This document shows positions 27,054 through 41,834 of a DNA stretch of 64,000 nucleotides, one piece after another. Under the pieces are notes generated by a model. It saw only the letters and a list, made by a program, of their open reading frames with translations. It was not told the DNA's origin and did not search any database. The position numbers and the translations under genes were made by a program. The DNA lies in the NCBI GenBank assembly GCA_964016885.1, contig OZ024741.1:53134001-53198000 (forward strand). The letters are read 5' to 3'. Origin of the DNA: Eledone cirrhosa. Its lineage: Eukaryota. Positions within the stretch are counted from its first letter, which is position 1; every line of letters starts with the position of its first letter.

Positions 27054-27187
27054 TTTTAACTAAACACCCTCACACACACTCACACACCCACGCATGTATA
27101 TATATATATTTATATATATATATATTTCGTTTCTGAATTTGTTTAGCAAGATTCTTTATCTGAAAACGTGTGTTGAAACCGATATTG

Positions 27188-27760
27188 TTATGCTTTGGGA
27201 GGGTCATGTTGCCAATAAGAAACACATGCACCAGTTGCTTTTCACTCCAATTTATTATAAATTAAATTTATAAATTTAAGAATTTATAAATTCCGTTTGG
27301 TTGGTTCCATAACCGGACGGTTGTTCATATATTCTGTGACCTCTTCAGTGACTGGGGATTCTTTCCTTTGTTTTTGTGCCTGTCCTTTGTTCTGTCCTAC
27401 GCCATCTTGTTTTTGTGTGTGTTGCGTGCTTAGTTTGCGCATGTGTTACATCCGGGTGTCTGTGTGTGTTTATATTTGTTTATTTTTTTGTTTATTTACA
27501 TGTTACTGGTTGGTTGTTTGTTCTATGTGTGTGTGTGTTTTCATTTTGCCCTTAATTGTAAGTTGTGATGAGGCTATTCCATGTAACCAACGAGTTACAT
27601 GGAATATATGAACAATATATGAACAATCGTCCGGTTATGGAACCAACCAACCGGAAATTTATAAATTCTTACATTTATAAATTAAATTTATAATAAATTG
27701 GAGTGAAAGCAACTGGTGCGTGTGTTTCTTATTGGCAACATGACCCTCCCAAAGCATAAA
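27188..27760. repeat. ~145-bp inverted repeat arms flanking a partial HHR-like hairpin
   Basis: 27188-27333 is the reverse complement of ~27615-27760; GTGATGA (27565) plus a perfect 13-bp stem tattccatgtaac/gttacatggaata. Confidence 0.65.
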
Positions 27761-27793
27761 AAAAAAAAAATATATATATATATACATATATAT

Positions 27794-27868
<75 letters not shown>

Positions 27869-27944
27869 ATATATGTATAAATATATATATAATATTAATA
27901 AATGTAAAATATCTTTGTAAACCATATTTATTTTATTATATGTA

Positions 27945-27979
27945 TTGTTGTTGTTGTTGTTGTTGCTGATGTTGTTGCT

Positions 27980-28018
<39 letters not shown>

Positions 28019-28550
28019 CTTCTTCTTCTTCTTCTTCTTCTTCTTCTTCTTCTTCTTCTTTTCGTAACTCTGAAGCATGTGGTTATATGACAGTTTCCCA
28101 TTTCTTTACACAGCCCTTTGCATTATTATTAAATTCTGAGAGATCTTTTAAGCTGCACTGGTTGGGGAGTAGAGGGCAAACGAGGCAGTGCATTCGCAGA
28201 TCGTTGGGCCGGTTTTGTAGCCCCATCTGATCATAGCAGCTTTTGATCGCCCCATTCCTGTTCTCAGGGGTTGAGTGTCTTCCACTGGATCCACGGTGCT
28301 TCTGAGCCAGGAGGGAGGGCTTCAGAAGGGGGATTCCCATGTCAATAGGAGGGGAGTCATTCTCTAGCTTTCTAATCCATAGCTGTAGTCTGGTTTCTTC
28401 CTGAGATGTTGTTAGGGGCTGGACATGGCTGAGGAAGCTTCTCCTTGACTTCAGTCGTTGGGCCGGAGGTTCACGTTCGTGAAGGAGGTGGCGTTCATTA
28501 CTGATAGCCTTTGTGATCACTACTGGGCTGGCAGCTTCCCGTCTCACATC
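27945..28550 (-). mobile_element. LINE 3' end, Vingi/Ingi-like, with (AAG)n(AAC)n tail
   Basis: RLKSRRSF, HCLVCP...CSLKDL C-terminal motifs; stop followed by 'ttacgaaaagaagaagaag'. Confidence 0.55.
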
Positions 28551-29802
28551 TGAAAGGTACTAATATTTAAGTACTCTTTCGTCAAATAAAATATAATAAT
28601 TGGTGTTAAGATATTGACATATCTTCATGGGAACTTAATGTTATAAGTTCAGTGAGGATAGTGAAATATCAAGAGAAATATGCTAATGATGATAACGTTA
28701 AAACTGAAAAGAGCCGTTAAGTTTAGACGCTAGATAAATTTTAAATACTTATTTTAATTTTTTTAAACGTTTGCTATTAAATTTGAAAAAAATTATTGTA
28801 GAGTTATTTTAGAATTATTTATAAAAAATATATATATACACCCAAAGATATATACATGGGTTTAGAAAGAATGATATAATTATACTTATTTATTTATTTA
28901 ATTTTTTAATATATATATTTTAAGAATATGGAAGTATTTATAATGTTTAGATGATAATTATAATGTATTGTATTAAATTATAAACTAGTTTTTCGCATAT
29001 ATCTTAATATTATGAGTGTACAGTAGTTATAAATATAATGTATTCTTGTATAAGACATTATTATATATCGTTATTTAAAATATAAATAATTATTTATTAC
29101 ATAAATGATTACGCGTGAATATAGATCTTATTTAAGTATATATATAGACATAGAATTATAAATGAGCGTAACATAGATCAAGCAATAATGTATATATGCA
29201 TTTTATACATATACTTTAAGAATGTGAAAGTATTTATACATTTTAAGTAAAGATGTATAGTATTATGCATAATTTATTATTGCATATGTTTAGTAATATA
29301 ATATTTAATCTTTTATGCAAGTTGAAATGTAAGCAAATTAACTTTTTAGGGAAGATAACTTTAATATTCAGTAATTTAAGGAATGTTAACGATAGATATT
29401 TAATAATATATTGTTTCCTCTAATGTTTAACCTAATAATTATAATTTATATTATAATATAAGTAAACAATTCATACAAGATTCCAGAGCACCATATAGTA
29501 AATATGGTTTTGATAATAGTGTTTTACATTGTATAAGAAATATTTCTATGTATAACCTTAAGAACACAAAAAAACAATTAAAAATATATATTGTACATAC
29601 GCAACACATATAGAACATAGTGTAGTAGTTCCTATAAATTATAAATATTGTGAAATGTTCTGGAGAATCGATGCAAACACGAATTAACTATTTCCTTTTT
29701 TGTTAATAATATTTCCAAATAAATGATCCAGATAAAACTTGTTGAGTGTTTCTAATCTGTTGTAAAATTAACTTTGTTGTATTATCAACAAACCATATAA
29801 CC

Positions 29803-29883
<81 letters not shown>

Positions 29884-29890
<7 letters not shown>

Positions 29891-30043
29891 TAAAATAACA
29901 GAGTAAAGTTTAAGCAAAGAATCGCTGCTTTCACCCTTAACGGGATCTTCTGAAACTAACAAAGTCAATCTGTAAACGCAGAAGTGGATATTTCAAAAAA
30001 CGTTGCAACCGGAGGAAGACAGGAAGACGATACTTTGGTTCAT
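29884..30043 (-). mobile_element. Solo copy of the PLE 3' region with the CAGAAGA HHR-like motif (29907-29957)
   Basis: Near-exact reverse complement of 2358-2516; abuts (TA)n. Confidence 0.7.
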
Positions 30044-30115
30044 ATACATATATATACATATATATATAGACATACACACACATATATATATATGTGTGTG
30101 TAGAGAGAGAGATAC

Positions 30116-30172
<57 letters not shown>

Positions 30173-30222
30173 CTTCTCAAGAATAAATAAACGAAGAATA
30201 AAAGAGGATATATACATGTACG

Positions 30223-30257
<35 letters not shown>

Positions 30258-31212
30258 TATACTTATGTATGTGTGTGCAAGTGTTTATCTGTGTATGCAC
30301 ACACATCTATGTCTAAATCATGCACCACATCTTAATCCTGACACAGACACATTTCTATTTTAGAATTACATATATATATACATGCATACATGCATACATA
30401 TATACATGCATACATACAATAACATACATACCTGCACTCACACGCATGCATTCAGACATACATATGTATCTACCTAGTTGATGTTGTTTAAATTCCAATG
30501 AGAGATTCTTGTGTCTATGTTAGAAACCGACTCTCTCTACTGGTGAAAATTTATAAAATCATAAAACCAGAAGTACTTACATACGCACGTTCTAGGTATG
30601 AAAAAAATTTCACACGACATCAAAATGGCTAACAAAATAGAAAAGTGACTTGGAGATACAGGATTTATATCCCTAAACTCCAAACTATACCAGCTGAAAC
30701 AACATTCCACAGCTACCGTTGAAAAACCAAATTATAAATTTATAGTGTATAAACAGCAAATGCTGAATGGGTTATTTGTCAGAGATCTTATGTCAGTCTA
30801 TCGAAGATGCAAAGTAAAAAATCGAATACCTGAAAATATCACCCCGAGAAAGATTAGGGAATAAGTGGGCGACGAACAAGAAGAAAAAGAAGACAAATGA
30901 CCACACTATCTGGAAAGTTAAACATTTGTTAATCATTCTTACGATTCAAAGGATGAATGCGCACGCAAGAGACGACAAGTTTTCCATTATAACCTTGCCA
31001 CCGGGAAGATGGCCGATCAAAAATAAACTGAAAATTAAACGAAAGAGAGCATACATACATACATTTATACATATATACATACATATGTTCATACATATAT
31101 ACATACATATATGCATGCATGCATACATACATACATACATACATACATACATACATACATACATACATACACACAGACCTATATATATATATGTCCATAT
31201 GTACACATACAG

Positions 31213-32103
<891 letters not shown>

Positions 32104-32166
32104 TAGTTATTGATATATGTATAAATATTTATGCACACACACACACACGAACATATATATATATAC

Positions 32167-32268
<102 letters not shown>

Positions 32269-32382
32269 GTTTGAATATGTGTAATAAAGCCAAAACAATG
32301 CAGATCTGGACATAGAAAAAAGAATGCAATTGTAAAAGATGTTGTTGATAATTCGCCCTTTACCTTGAATTTATTAAAATGT

Positions 32383-32417
32383 CCTTAATTTTCGAGATAA
32401 TATCTCTTCTTCGGAGG
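32383..32417 (-). ncRNA. Minimal HHR in the inverted PLE 3' copy (core CCGAAGA)
   Basis: Reverse complement: cct-CCGAAGA-agagatattatctc-GAAA-at-TA-agg. Confidence 0.6.
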
Positions 32418-33210
32418 GAAATAAAGGTCTCAAACCAGCACTTTAAATATCTAGCCAAGCCATGCTGACAGGAAATAGTATAGAGTATCTGTTCTATCTC
32501 TAATATCAAAGAATTAAAATTAGGTGGATAAAGAGTAGTCTCCCTTTAAAAGAGGTTTGTTTAGGGGGTTTTTTTTTGTTTTTTTTTTTGTTAATATTTT
32601 ATATACATGCCTGTATAAGTGTGTGGGAGAATGCATGAAGGTGTAGGTATGTGGGTGTGTGTGTGTGAGTGTGGGAAGATAGGTTTATCCGTAAATGTGG
32701 GGGTAGGTGTTATCTGGTGTTAGAACTGGTTTTGTGTGTGTATGTGTGAGAGAATAAGTGGAGGTGTAAGCGTGTGTGTGTGCGCGCGTGTGTGTGTGGG
32801 TGTGTGTGTGTAAATAAGGGGCTAGAGGCCCTATCAGGTTATAAATTGGGTGTTGAGTTCTAGTCTATTATTGATTGGTGGTTGTGTTTTATCTATAATT
32901 AGTGCTTCCTTAATTCTAAGATTGCCGTGGTTTCTTTCCTTAGTTTCTATTCTAACTGTTATGGTTTTATCGGTGTTTTTGCATTTAACTAGGTGTTTCT
33001 TAAATGAGGAAGCGTTAGTATTGAGGTGTTCTTTTATTCTTATGTGGAGTGGTCTGGTGGTGCTACCTACGTAGAAGTTGTTGCATTTGTCACACTCTAG
33101 TCTGTATACTACGTAAGCCTGGTGACATAGGTCTGTGTCGTTAATACGCTTTTAGCCTCGACGTTGTCTCCCTCTACACTACAGTCCCCGCTCATCCAGC
33201 TGTCGATTTA

Positions 33211-34359
33211 TTGACGGACTGCGTGGTCGCAGAGGACATCCACTGCTACGGCCTCCACCCGACGGACATACACCAGCTTTTGTCCTTCACAGTAGACAAC
33301 ACGTACTTCACCTTCCACCACCACACATACAGACAGACAACAGGATTACCCATGGGATCCAGCCTATCGGGCCTGCTGGCCATCACCTACATGAACCAGC
33401 TAGAATGCCGAGCCCTCAACACCTGCCATTCCCATGCCTTCTTCACCCGATATGTAGATGACATACTCATCCTTACATCATCCCGTGAGGAGGCAGAGAA
33501 AATATACTCAACATTCTCCAGCATGGACGCCAGTATAAAGTTCAGCATGGAACACCCCGATGACCGCGGATCCCTATCCCTACTGGACTTCCAACTCAGG
33601 GTAACAGAGGAAGGCAACATCCACACCTGCTTCTATAAAAAATCCGCCAGCAGGGACCTGTTCGTACACTTCAGATCGGCCCTCCCACTCGGTGCCAAGT
33701 TCGGATACATAAGGAACGAACTGGCACGTATCAAGAACAAATGCACCGACGCTGGAGACCGAGACACACACACCACACATTTCCTGGAAGTACTCAAACT
33801 GAACGGATACACGACATCCACCACAAACCGTGCCAGAAAGAACAGAGGACACCACACCCGAGGCACTAACACTTGCTTCCTGAAGCTCCCACACTTCAGT
33901 GAAGAAACAACAACAGCCATCTGCAGAGCCATCAGACGAGAGGGACTGGATATCCAACTGGCCCACTCGGGTCCTTCTCTGCGCGGACGGCTGGCCAAGA
34001 GACACTCCACCAGACATGACAACTGCTGCAGACTAGCCAACTGCCCCATCAACGACACAGACCTATGTCACCAGGCTTACGTAGTATACAGACTAGAGTG
34101 TGACAAATGCAACAACTTCTACGTAGGTAGCACCACCAGACCACTCCACATAAGAATAAAAGAACACCTCAATACTAACGCTTCCTCATTTAAGAAACAC
34201 CTAGTTAAATGCAAAAACACCGATAAAACCATAACAGTTAGGATAGAAACTAAGGAAAGAAACCTCGGCAATCTTAGAATTAAGGAAGCACTAATTATAG
34301 ATAAAACACAACCACCAATCAATAATAGACTAGAACTCAACACCCAATTTATAACCTGA
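33211..34359 (+). CDS. PLE RT (C-terminal part) + GIY-YIG endonuclease, uninterrupted 382 aa
   Basis: YRQTTGLPMGSSLS, RYVDD, LSLLD, VVYRLECDKCNNFYVGSTTRPLHIRIKEH, EALII...PPIN. Confidence 0.9.
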   Translation: MTDCVVAEDIHCYGLHPTDIHQLLSFTVDNTYFTFHHHTYRQTTGLPMGSSLSGLLAITYMNQLECRALNTCHSHAFFTRYVDDILILTSSREEAEKIYSTFSSMDASIKFSMEHPDDRGSLSLLDFQLRVTEEGNIHTCFYKKSASRDLFVHFRSALPLGAKFGYIRNELARIKNKCTDAGDRDTHTTHFLEVLKLNGYTTSTTNRARKNRGHHTRGTNTCFLKLPHFSEETTTAICRAIRREGLDIQLAHSGPSLRGRLAKRHSTRHDNCCRLANCPINDTDLCHQAYVVYRLECDKCNNFYVGSTTRPLHIRIKEHLNTNASSFKKHLVKCKNTDKTITVRIETKERNLGNLRIKEALIIDKTQPPINNRLELNTQFIT

Positions 34360-34753
34360 TAGGGCCTCTAGCCCCTTATTTACACCCCCCACACACACAC
34401 GCTTACACCTCCACTCATTCTCTCACACATACACACACAAAACCAGTTCTAACACCAGATAACACCTACCCCCCACATTTACGGATAGACCTATCTTCCC
34501 ACACTCACACACACCCACCCACATACCTACACCTTCATGCATTCTCCCACACACTTATACAGGCATGTATATAAAATAATAACAACAAAAAAACCAAAAA
34601 AAACCCCTAAACAAACCCCTTTTAAAGGGAGACTACTCTTTATCCACCTAATTTTAATTCTTTGATATTAGAGATAGAACAGATACTCTATACTATTTCC
34701 TGTCAGCATGGCTTGGCTAGATATTTAAAGTGCTGGTTTGAGACCTTTATTTC

Positions 34754-34788
34754 CCTCCGAAGAAGAGATATTATCTCGAAATTTAAGG
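34754..34788 (+). ncRNA. Minimal HHR in the PLE 3' UTR (core CCGAAGA)
   Basis: cct-CCGAAGA-agagatattatctc-GAAA-tt-TA-agg. Confidence 0.6.
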
Positions 34789-34947
34789 ACATTTTAATAA
34801 ATTCAAGGTAAAGGACGAATTATCAACAACATCTTTTACAAATGCATTCTTTTTTCTATGTCCATATCTGCATTGTTTTGGCTTTATTACACATATTCAA
34901 ACGTTTATACCTCATTACACAATGCTACAAGTGAACTATAACCTCCT

Positions 34948-35002
<55 letters not shown>

Positions 35003-35717
35003 AACTGGAGGAGTATCCTTGCAAACCTTTCTAACGTTGAGATTGGTTACAACACACACACATTTTATTTTATTTTATTATATTATTTTGTTTTATTCTT
35101 TTACCATCTTGTTCCTCCTACCACTTTATCCAACATCTTTCTGACTTTGAGATTGGTTATAGCACACACACATTTTATTTTATTTGAATCCTCATTTTTA
35201 TTTTTCATTTTTCATGTTTCATTTTTCATTTTTCCTTTTTCATTTATTTTTTATTTATTATTTATTTTCTGTTTTCTTCATTTTATTGCCTTCTATTTCT
35301 TCATATGCATGAAACAGCCCCCCCCCCACCACCACCACGAGAAATGGTGGCAGGATGCATGAAGAAACACATATATATACTTCTAAATGTCAGCAGCAGC
35401 AAGATCTAGGCTGACCACAGCACCAACACCACTACCAAAATAAGGGTAGAGGTCCGATGCACTTAACAATAGCAAAAACAAACACTACAGGTAGCCCCAC
35501 CCCGGAAAGATTTTCTATAGACTTTTGACTGAGGAATGTTCTCACAACTGCCCAATGGGAGAAGATGAACTTTGACGCTGAAATTCGTTTGTTTAAATTC
35601 ATATGATTCCAGTTCCTCAGTGAAATAGCAGCCCAACCAGGAGCTGGGCATGTCGGAGTATTGACGAGGTTAAGCACCTCAACAACATGTATACTCGTCT
35701 CTACCACACTAATTCGG

Positions 35718-35772
35718 ACTGCCTGAGGAGGTCGCGGCCAGGGATGGCTGTCACCGAAGTATATATAGCAGT
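35718..35772 (+). ncRNA. Type I hammerhead motif (GAAG variant)
   Basis: actgc-CTGAGGA-ggtcgcggcca ggga tggctgtcacc-GAAG-tatata-TA-gcagt. Confidence 0.65.
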
Positions 35773-35943
35773 AATAAACGAAGCCAAATTTTAAACATTT
35801 GACTTATTTATTTTATTTTACATTACTCCGGAGTAACCAAACCAACCTGCGCACTTCGTCGAGTGCTCCATTCTGCATACTAGGGTGTTGGTATAAAACC
35901 AACATATACTAAAAAAAAATATTCCGATTCTCTATAATTTATT

Positions 35944-35978
<35 letters not shown>

Positions 35979-36181
35979 ATGTGTGTGTGTGTATGTAGTT
36001 ATGTTTAAATGTACGTATATAAGTGCATATATATATATATATATTTACGTGTGTATCTATGTATACATACATAATTATCTATATACCTATCTATCTATCT
36101 ATCTCTCTCTCTCTCTCTCCCCCTCTCTCTCTCTCTCTCTCTCTCTTATATTTATATATATACACACACATATGTATGCAC

Positions 36182-36219
<38 letters not shown>

Positions 36220-36796
36220 ATTTATATAAGTGTTTGCATGTATGTGTCTATGTGTAACGGTGCCTGTACGTATGAATTTAGAGAATATTTATGTGCGTAT
36301 GTAATTGCGTATAATCAGATATAGAGAAAATTAGACAAGCCCGAAATAGCCTTGCTATTTACTAACTTAATTCCAAATTTAGACAAGCGCGAAACACATT
36401 TCAAGTAATAAATTTACGCCGTGTTTGCTATATCTATGTTTTATTGTCGGAACCGATAGATTTATACAAATACCCGACTGTCTTTTACGCCGTAATCAGA
36501 AACCGGCTTTGGATGCTACACAATTAAGTTAGAATTGTTGGTTCAAATACAACTTTCTAGTAGCTCTGTTGGTCGCCCTATAGTACGAGAAAATTATATG
36601 AACAGATTTCGCCATTGACTCTTTTATCAACGATGTGTTTGTACGTGCGATTACTGAAATTGAATAAATAGTCTTTTGTGGTGGGAAAACTTCACAGATG
36701 TTTGAGATAGTAGACAGAAACACGATATATATATATATATAAACATTCACCCCCACATATATATATATATTTATATATATATATATATATATATGA

Positions 36797-36983
36797 AAAT
36801 GTTTGACCCCGACGGCAGAGCTCAAGCCGTTTTTTTCGACGGCTATTTCTGGACTCCAGAAATAGCCGTCGAAACGGCTTGAGCCCTGCCGGCAAACATT
36901 TTCCTATTACCCACTCTACTACCCTAAGTATTGAGTACTCTGGTGCGTTATGGTCCATCTGGTTTCTTACCACACCACCTTCG

Positions 36984-36985
<2 letters not shown>
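36797..36985. repeat. Small (TA)n-embedded repeat family with a fold-back and an HHR 3'-half-like motif (other copies 44240-44352, 63480-63652)
   Basis: Shared 'tggtgcgttatggtccatctgg...ccttcgtta' and 'GAAAcggcttgagctcagccgTCgggg'. Confidence 0.55.
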
Positions 36986-37048
<63 letters not shown>

Positions 37049-37389
37049 TAATTATTGTTATTTCTCTGTAATACTATCGAATGATTATGTTCTGGAATAC
37101 GATCTTTTCGCATATAATTTTCATTTAGCTTTTACAGAACAACGAAATCAAGATGCTGTCCTCTTGACGCCAAAAGAGATCATGGTGTTTCGTTTAGTCC
37201 GGTGGGAGGCTACTTAACAACGCATACGAGTCAGTTTTTGTTCAACTGAAATCCTAATAGATAGCTTAGATATTGTAATACTATAAAAGACACACCAACT
37301 GAGAACTACTGATTTTTTTTAATTTGGTAATTATCTTCTTTATTCTAAGTAAGGTAATTAGTACATTTTTCTCTATGGTTCCAGAACTG

Positions 37390-37769
37390 CCACACACACA
37401 CTCACATACTTACACCTTCATGCATTCTCCCACACACTTAAACAGGCATGTATATAAAAAAAAAAAAAAACCCCAAAACAAACCCCTTTTAAAGGGAGAC
37501 TACTCTTTATCCACCTAATTTTAACTCTTTGACATTAGAGATAGAACAGATATTCTATACCATTTCCTGTCAGCATGACTTGGCAAGCTACTTAGAACGC
37601 TGGTTTGAGACCTTTACTTCCCTCTGAAGAAGAGATATTATCTCGAAAATTAAGGACATTTAAATAAATCTAAGGTAAAAGACTAATTGTCAACAATATC
37701 TTTTGCATTTGCATTCTTTATTCTATGTCCATACCTGCATTGTTTTGGCTTTATTATACATATACAAAC

Positions 37770-37776
<7 letters not shown>
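37390..37776 (+). mobile_element. Solo 3' UTR of the 32-35 kb PLE family with canonical minimal HHR (37621-37655)
   Basis: Colinear with ~34500-34909; cct-CTGAAGA-agagatattatctc-GAAA-at-TA-agg. Confidence 0.8.
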
Positions 37777-37862
<86 letters not shown>

Positions 37863-37866
<4 letters not shown>

Positions 37867-39000
37867 GAGCCTTGATGAATATATAAAGAACAGTAACAAG
37901 ACTACTTATATATTCTAAATGACAAGACCAAAAATGGCTGCAAATTAGATTTTAACACTAAAAAACTCCACTCAAAACCAGTTTGATATTAACAGAGAAT
38001 GTAACGAAATAGTGAATAGCCTAGACATAGATGAATATACTGAGCCTTATAAACCCAACCCCTTCCCCCGGTTTACGCTAATGGAACACAGACATACCTT
38101 CTAGGATAACTCTTCTATTAGACTAATTAGCCCTTCTAACTGTTATATTGGCAGAATTAGTAAACATATTCTTGATAGAATAATACCTAAATTCAAGAGA
38201 AACATCAATCTTAGACTGTGGAGAAATACAGATGATGACATTAAGTGGTTTACCAATTTTAAGATTTAATATAATTTCAAGTTTATGGAGTTTGATATTG
38301 ACAATTATTATTTCACTGTATCTCCTCTGCTTTTAAATAAGTCTCTAATGTTTGCTATAAAATTTACAGATCTTCGAAGAAATGAATTTGGTATAATTAT
38401 CGCTGCTAGTCGTACGATTGTCGAGTTCGAGGACTTATTTGGACCAGATCTGGCCATCCCAATAATTTTGATATGAAGAAGGGTTCAAGTGACTAAGCAG
38501 AAGTTACTGATCTAATTGGCCTATTCTTATTCCATAAACTCAACAAGGAAGTTTCAGTCATTAGAGGCGGATAATATAGAGACGATGCTCTTCTAATTCT
38601 TAAGAATGTTAACCAGCGAAGAGTAGAAAATATAAAGACACTTTTACATAATTAAAAAAAAGTTATGGCTTTCGTATCACAGTTGACTTAATCAATAACA
38701 TTGTTAATTTTCTAGATGTTATGTTATAAATGGACACTGGTTTATACCGTTACTACCACAAACCAGGATCACGTCTATGCTACGTGCAGGAATTGTCTAG
38801 TGATCCTAAATCAATGATCGATTCTATTGTAAAAGGCGTATCCTCTAGAATCTTGAGGTTGTCGGCTAATGAGGATAATTGTAACAGCAGTGCCTGGTAT
38901 TATAATGAAACTTTAGCTAAATCTGGTTATAAGGAGAACATATCTTATATTCCTCCCAATAATTATTTTATTATAAAACTCATAAACATTTAAATATGAT
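37863..39000 (+). pseudogene. Decayed Neptune-type PLE reverse transcriptase
   Basis: RLISPS..IGRISKHILDRI, WRNT...IKWF, FDIDNYY, AEVTDLIGL, YRDD, NFLDV, Y.KP motifs with many stops. Confidence 0.75.
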
Positions 39001-40084
39001 TACTTGTAATCTATAAATAAAAATAGGAATGGATTTAATAGGGTTAGGAACCAAAAGAATATTTGTAATAGCTATAATGTCACTTTCCTTACAACAATAA
39101 GAAAGCTGTTGATACTGGAATTTCTAACTAAGGAAATTAATATAGATAATGCTCCCTCAATCTTTTGTTTTATTTTGTTTCATTAAACCCCTTTAACTCA
39201 GTTTTCTACGTCTTTGTTAAACCAGTATCTGCTAGAAATTAGGCTTCACCACTTACCCAAACTATTAGTTTGTCAATTTCACTTTATCCATCATTATTTT
39301 ATATATAAGTTATTTCTAGATCATATAAGTACGTGTATATCAATCTCTTAACTTTCTTATATATTATAACTCTCTATAATAGAATAATTATTTTCTCGTA
39401 TAATTTGTAATTTTGATTACTTCTGAGGTTTCAAGCTCATCCTAAAATCTAAATAGCAATGTGTATACTTGTATGTGTGTATATCGAAGTTGTGTTTCTA
39501 TGCTTATACACACACACATATGCGTGTGTGCGTGCGTGCGCGCGAACGTGTGTGTATGAGTGTGTATGTGCATATGTGTATGTATATATATATGCGTGTA
39601 TATGTCTATGAGTATGTATTGATAATTGTGTGTTTATGTGTATTTGTATGTATCTGTGTGTATATTTGTGTATATATGTGTATGCGTTATATACGTCGTA
39701 CGCTTATATATGTATAGAGAAAATACATGACCTTGGTGTTTAAATTTAAGACAGAAAATAATAATTTACCTCCCTTTCTATGATATTTTTAATCCGTTCT
39801 ATTTCTATGTTAACGAATTTTGAAATTATTAGTTACCATTCGTAGGATGTACAATTTTTAATCGTTAATTCCCCTAATAATTTCAGTAGAGTTGTAGTCG
39901 TTGAAATAGCAACATGTTCTGCTACATGTATTTACTTTTTTGATACAGAACTTTAATCTTCTGAGAATATATATATATGAACGAAAGGAAAAGGATGACT
40001 TCACTTGTAGTTCTAAATAATTTGATTTAATTTTATATTATAATATGATTTGGTAGATCTACCAACTCATATTATTATAATATT

Positions 40085-40500
40085 AGGTGGGTGGATTGGC
40101 AGTATCGGTAGAGGGTCGGACGCCATGCTTTGCAGCAAAGAGTTAAGTTCTTTTATGATCTGAGTTCAAATCCCACCGAGGTTAACTTTGCCTTTCATCC
40201 TCACGGGGTCGATAAAATAAAGTACCAGTTACGCACCGGGGTGGATTTAATCGACTTTCCCCTCCCCCAAAATCACTGGCCTTGTGCCTATACAAGAAAC
40301 CAATATTAGGTGGGTGGATTGGCAGTATCGGTAGAGGGTCGGACGCCATGCTTTGAAGCAAAGAGTTACGGCCCTTTATGATCTGAGTTCAAATCCCGCT
40401 GAGGTTAACTTTGCCTTTCATCCTTACGGGGTCGATAAAATAAAGTACCAGTAATGCACTGAGCAATTGCTGGCCTTATGCCAAAAGTAGAAACAATTAT
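40085..40500 (+). mobile_element. Tandem pair of SINE family A
   Basis: A-box-like TGGCAGTATCGG and B-box GTTCAAATCC; unit repeated at ~40085 and ~40306. Confidence 0.8.
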
Positions 40501-40594
40501 TATAAAGTTAAATCAAATTATTTAGAACTACAAGTGAAGTCATTCTTTTCTTTTTCTCAAATATACCTAACTGTACCAAAGACCTCACACATTT

Positions 40595-40655
<61 letters not shown>

Positions 40656-40678
40656 GTATATACATATATACATATGTA

Positions 40679-40741
<63 letters not shown>

Positions 40742-40772
40742 ATATCTATATATATATATATATATATATATC

Positions 40773-40807
<35 letters not shown>

Positions 40808-40813
<6 letters not shown>

Positions 40814-41520
40814 ATGATGCGCAAACATGCGCTGGGTGTACGACGTCTCCAACTATTTCTTGATAGTGAACAGGTGTGGTTGCCGTTTGCTTTAAACGTT
40901 TTCCCCCCAGCTCTTCTCCTTAACGGAGTTGCAGTCTGGGATCAAGCGAAGACCGAGAAGGAGCTCTTGGAGACTCGAATATCTTCAAGTGCTCACAGTC
41001 CTCAACCAATCGGCTGTGCGATCGGTAGAAACTGTACTTTAACATTCTATAGAGGGTTAGTGGAGGGTAAGAGCGACGACGCTCCTTGAGGAGAATCTGG
41101 GCGTTAACGAAAATCAACTCGCCCCTCTTTTCCAGACGACCGTCGGTTCAGGGCCCCTGGACAGTTCCCAGTATTACCTGGCCTGGCAGTGCTACCGAGG
41201 AGCTTTGCCAGTTCGGGATGAACTCTACAGACATGGAAGTGCCGTCTGCTGGCCTGTCCGAGGTGCACTCATCTAGTGAACGAGTATTGCTGACCCGCGG
41301 ATTTATGTCGAGTAACTGCAGTCACGTATAGCACTAATCCGACAATCAACTGATTCCATTCAGAAGATCATCCCGCCCTTTTCCTTTACAGGAGAGGGAC
41401 AGGCAGTTTTATCATCCTCGTGGCCATGGCTAAAGAGGTCGTGTGGTGGACACGTTTGAAAGGTTTGACGACAGAAATTTTCCTCTTCGGCGAAGTCCTA
41501 ATTAACTTTTTCAGTATTGA
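40808..41520 (+). pseudogene. Tx1-like ORF2 C-terminal fragment
   Basis: [41 protein letters not shown]; colinear with ~9727-10420. Confidence 0.8.
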
Positions 41521-41731
41521 ATTTGTAATCATGAGGTTGTAAGTACGATTCCCGCGTTATTTACTTGAGCAAGACACTTTATTTCATGTTGTTCCTTTCG
41601 CCTGGATTTGCGACGGGTAGATAATAATAGCAATTGGAAAGACCAATGAAAACATTGTTTCCTCAGTTTGATTTGACGAGCTCCACCTCACTCGTTAAGC
41701 GAATGAGGTCTGTGATCTTGTCGATCGACTG

Positions 41732-41780
<49 letters not shown>

Positions 41781-41782
41781 AA

Positions 41783-41832
41783 AGTTTAAGCAAAGAATAG
41801 CTGCTTTCACCCTAACGGGATCTTCTGTAACT
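41783..41832 (-). ncRNA. Third copy of the CAGAAGA HHR-like motif
   Basis: Reverse complement matches 2441-2491. Confidence 0.5.
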
Positions 41833-41834
41833 GA

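Noticed and set aside
28560-29800. Very AT-rich tract as an organellar insertion
   Set aside because: No mitochondrial gene, tRNA or rRNA motif recognised
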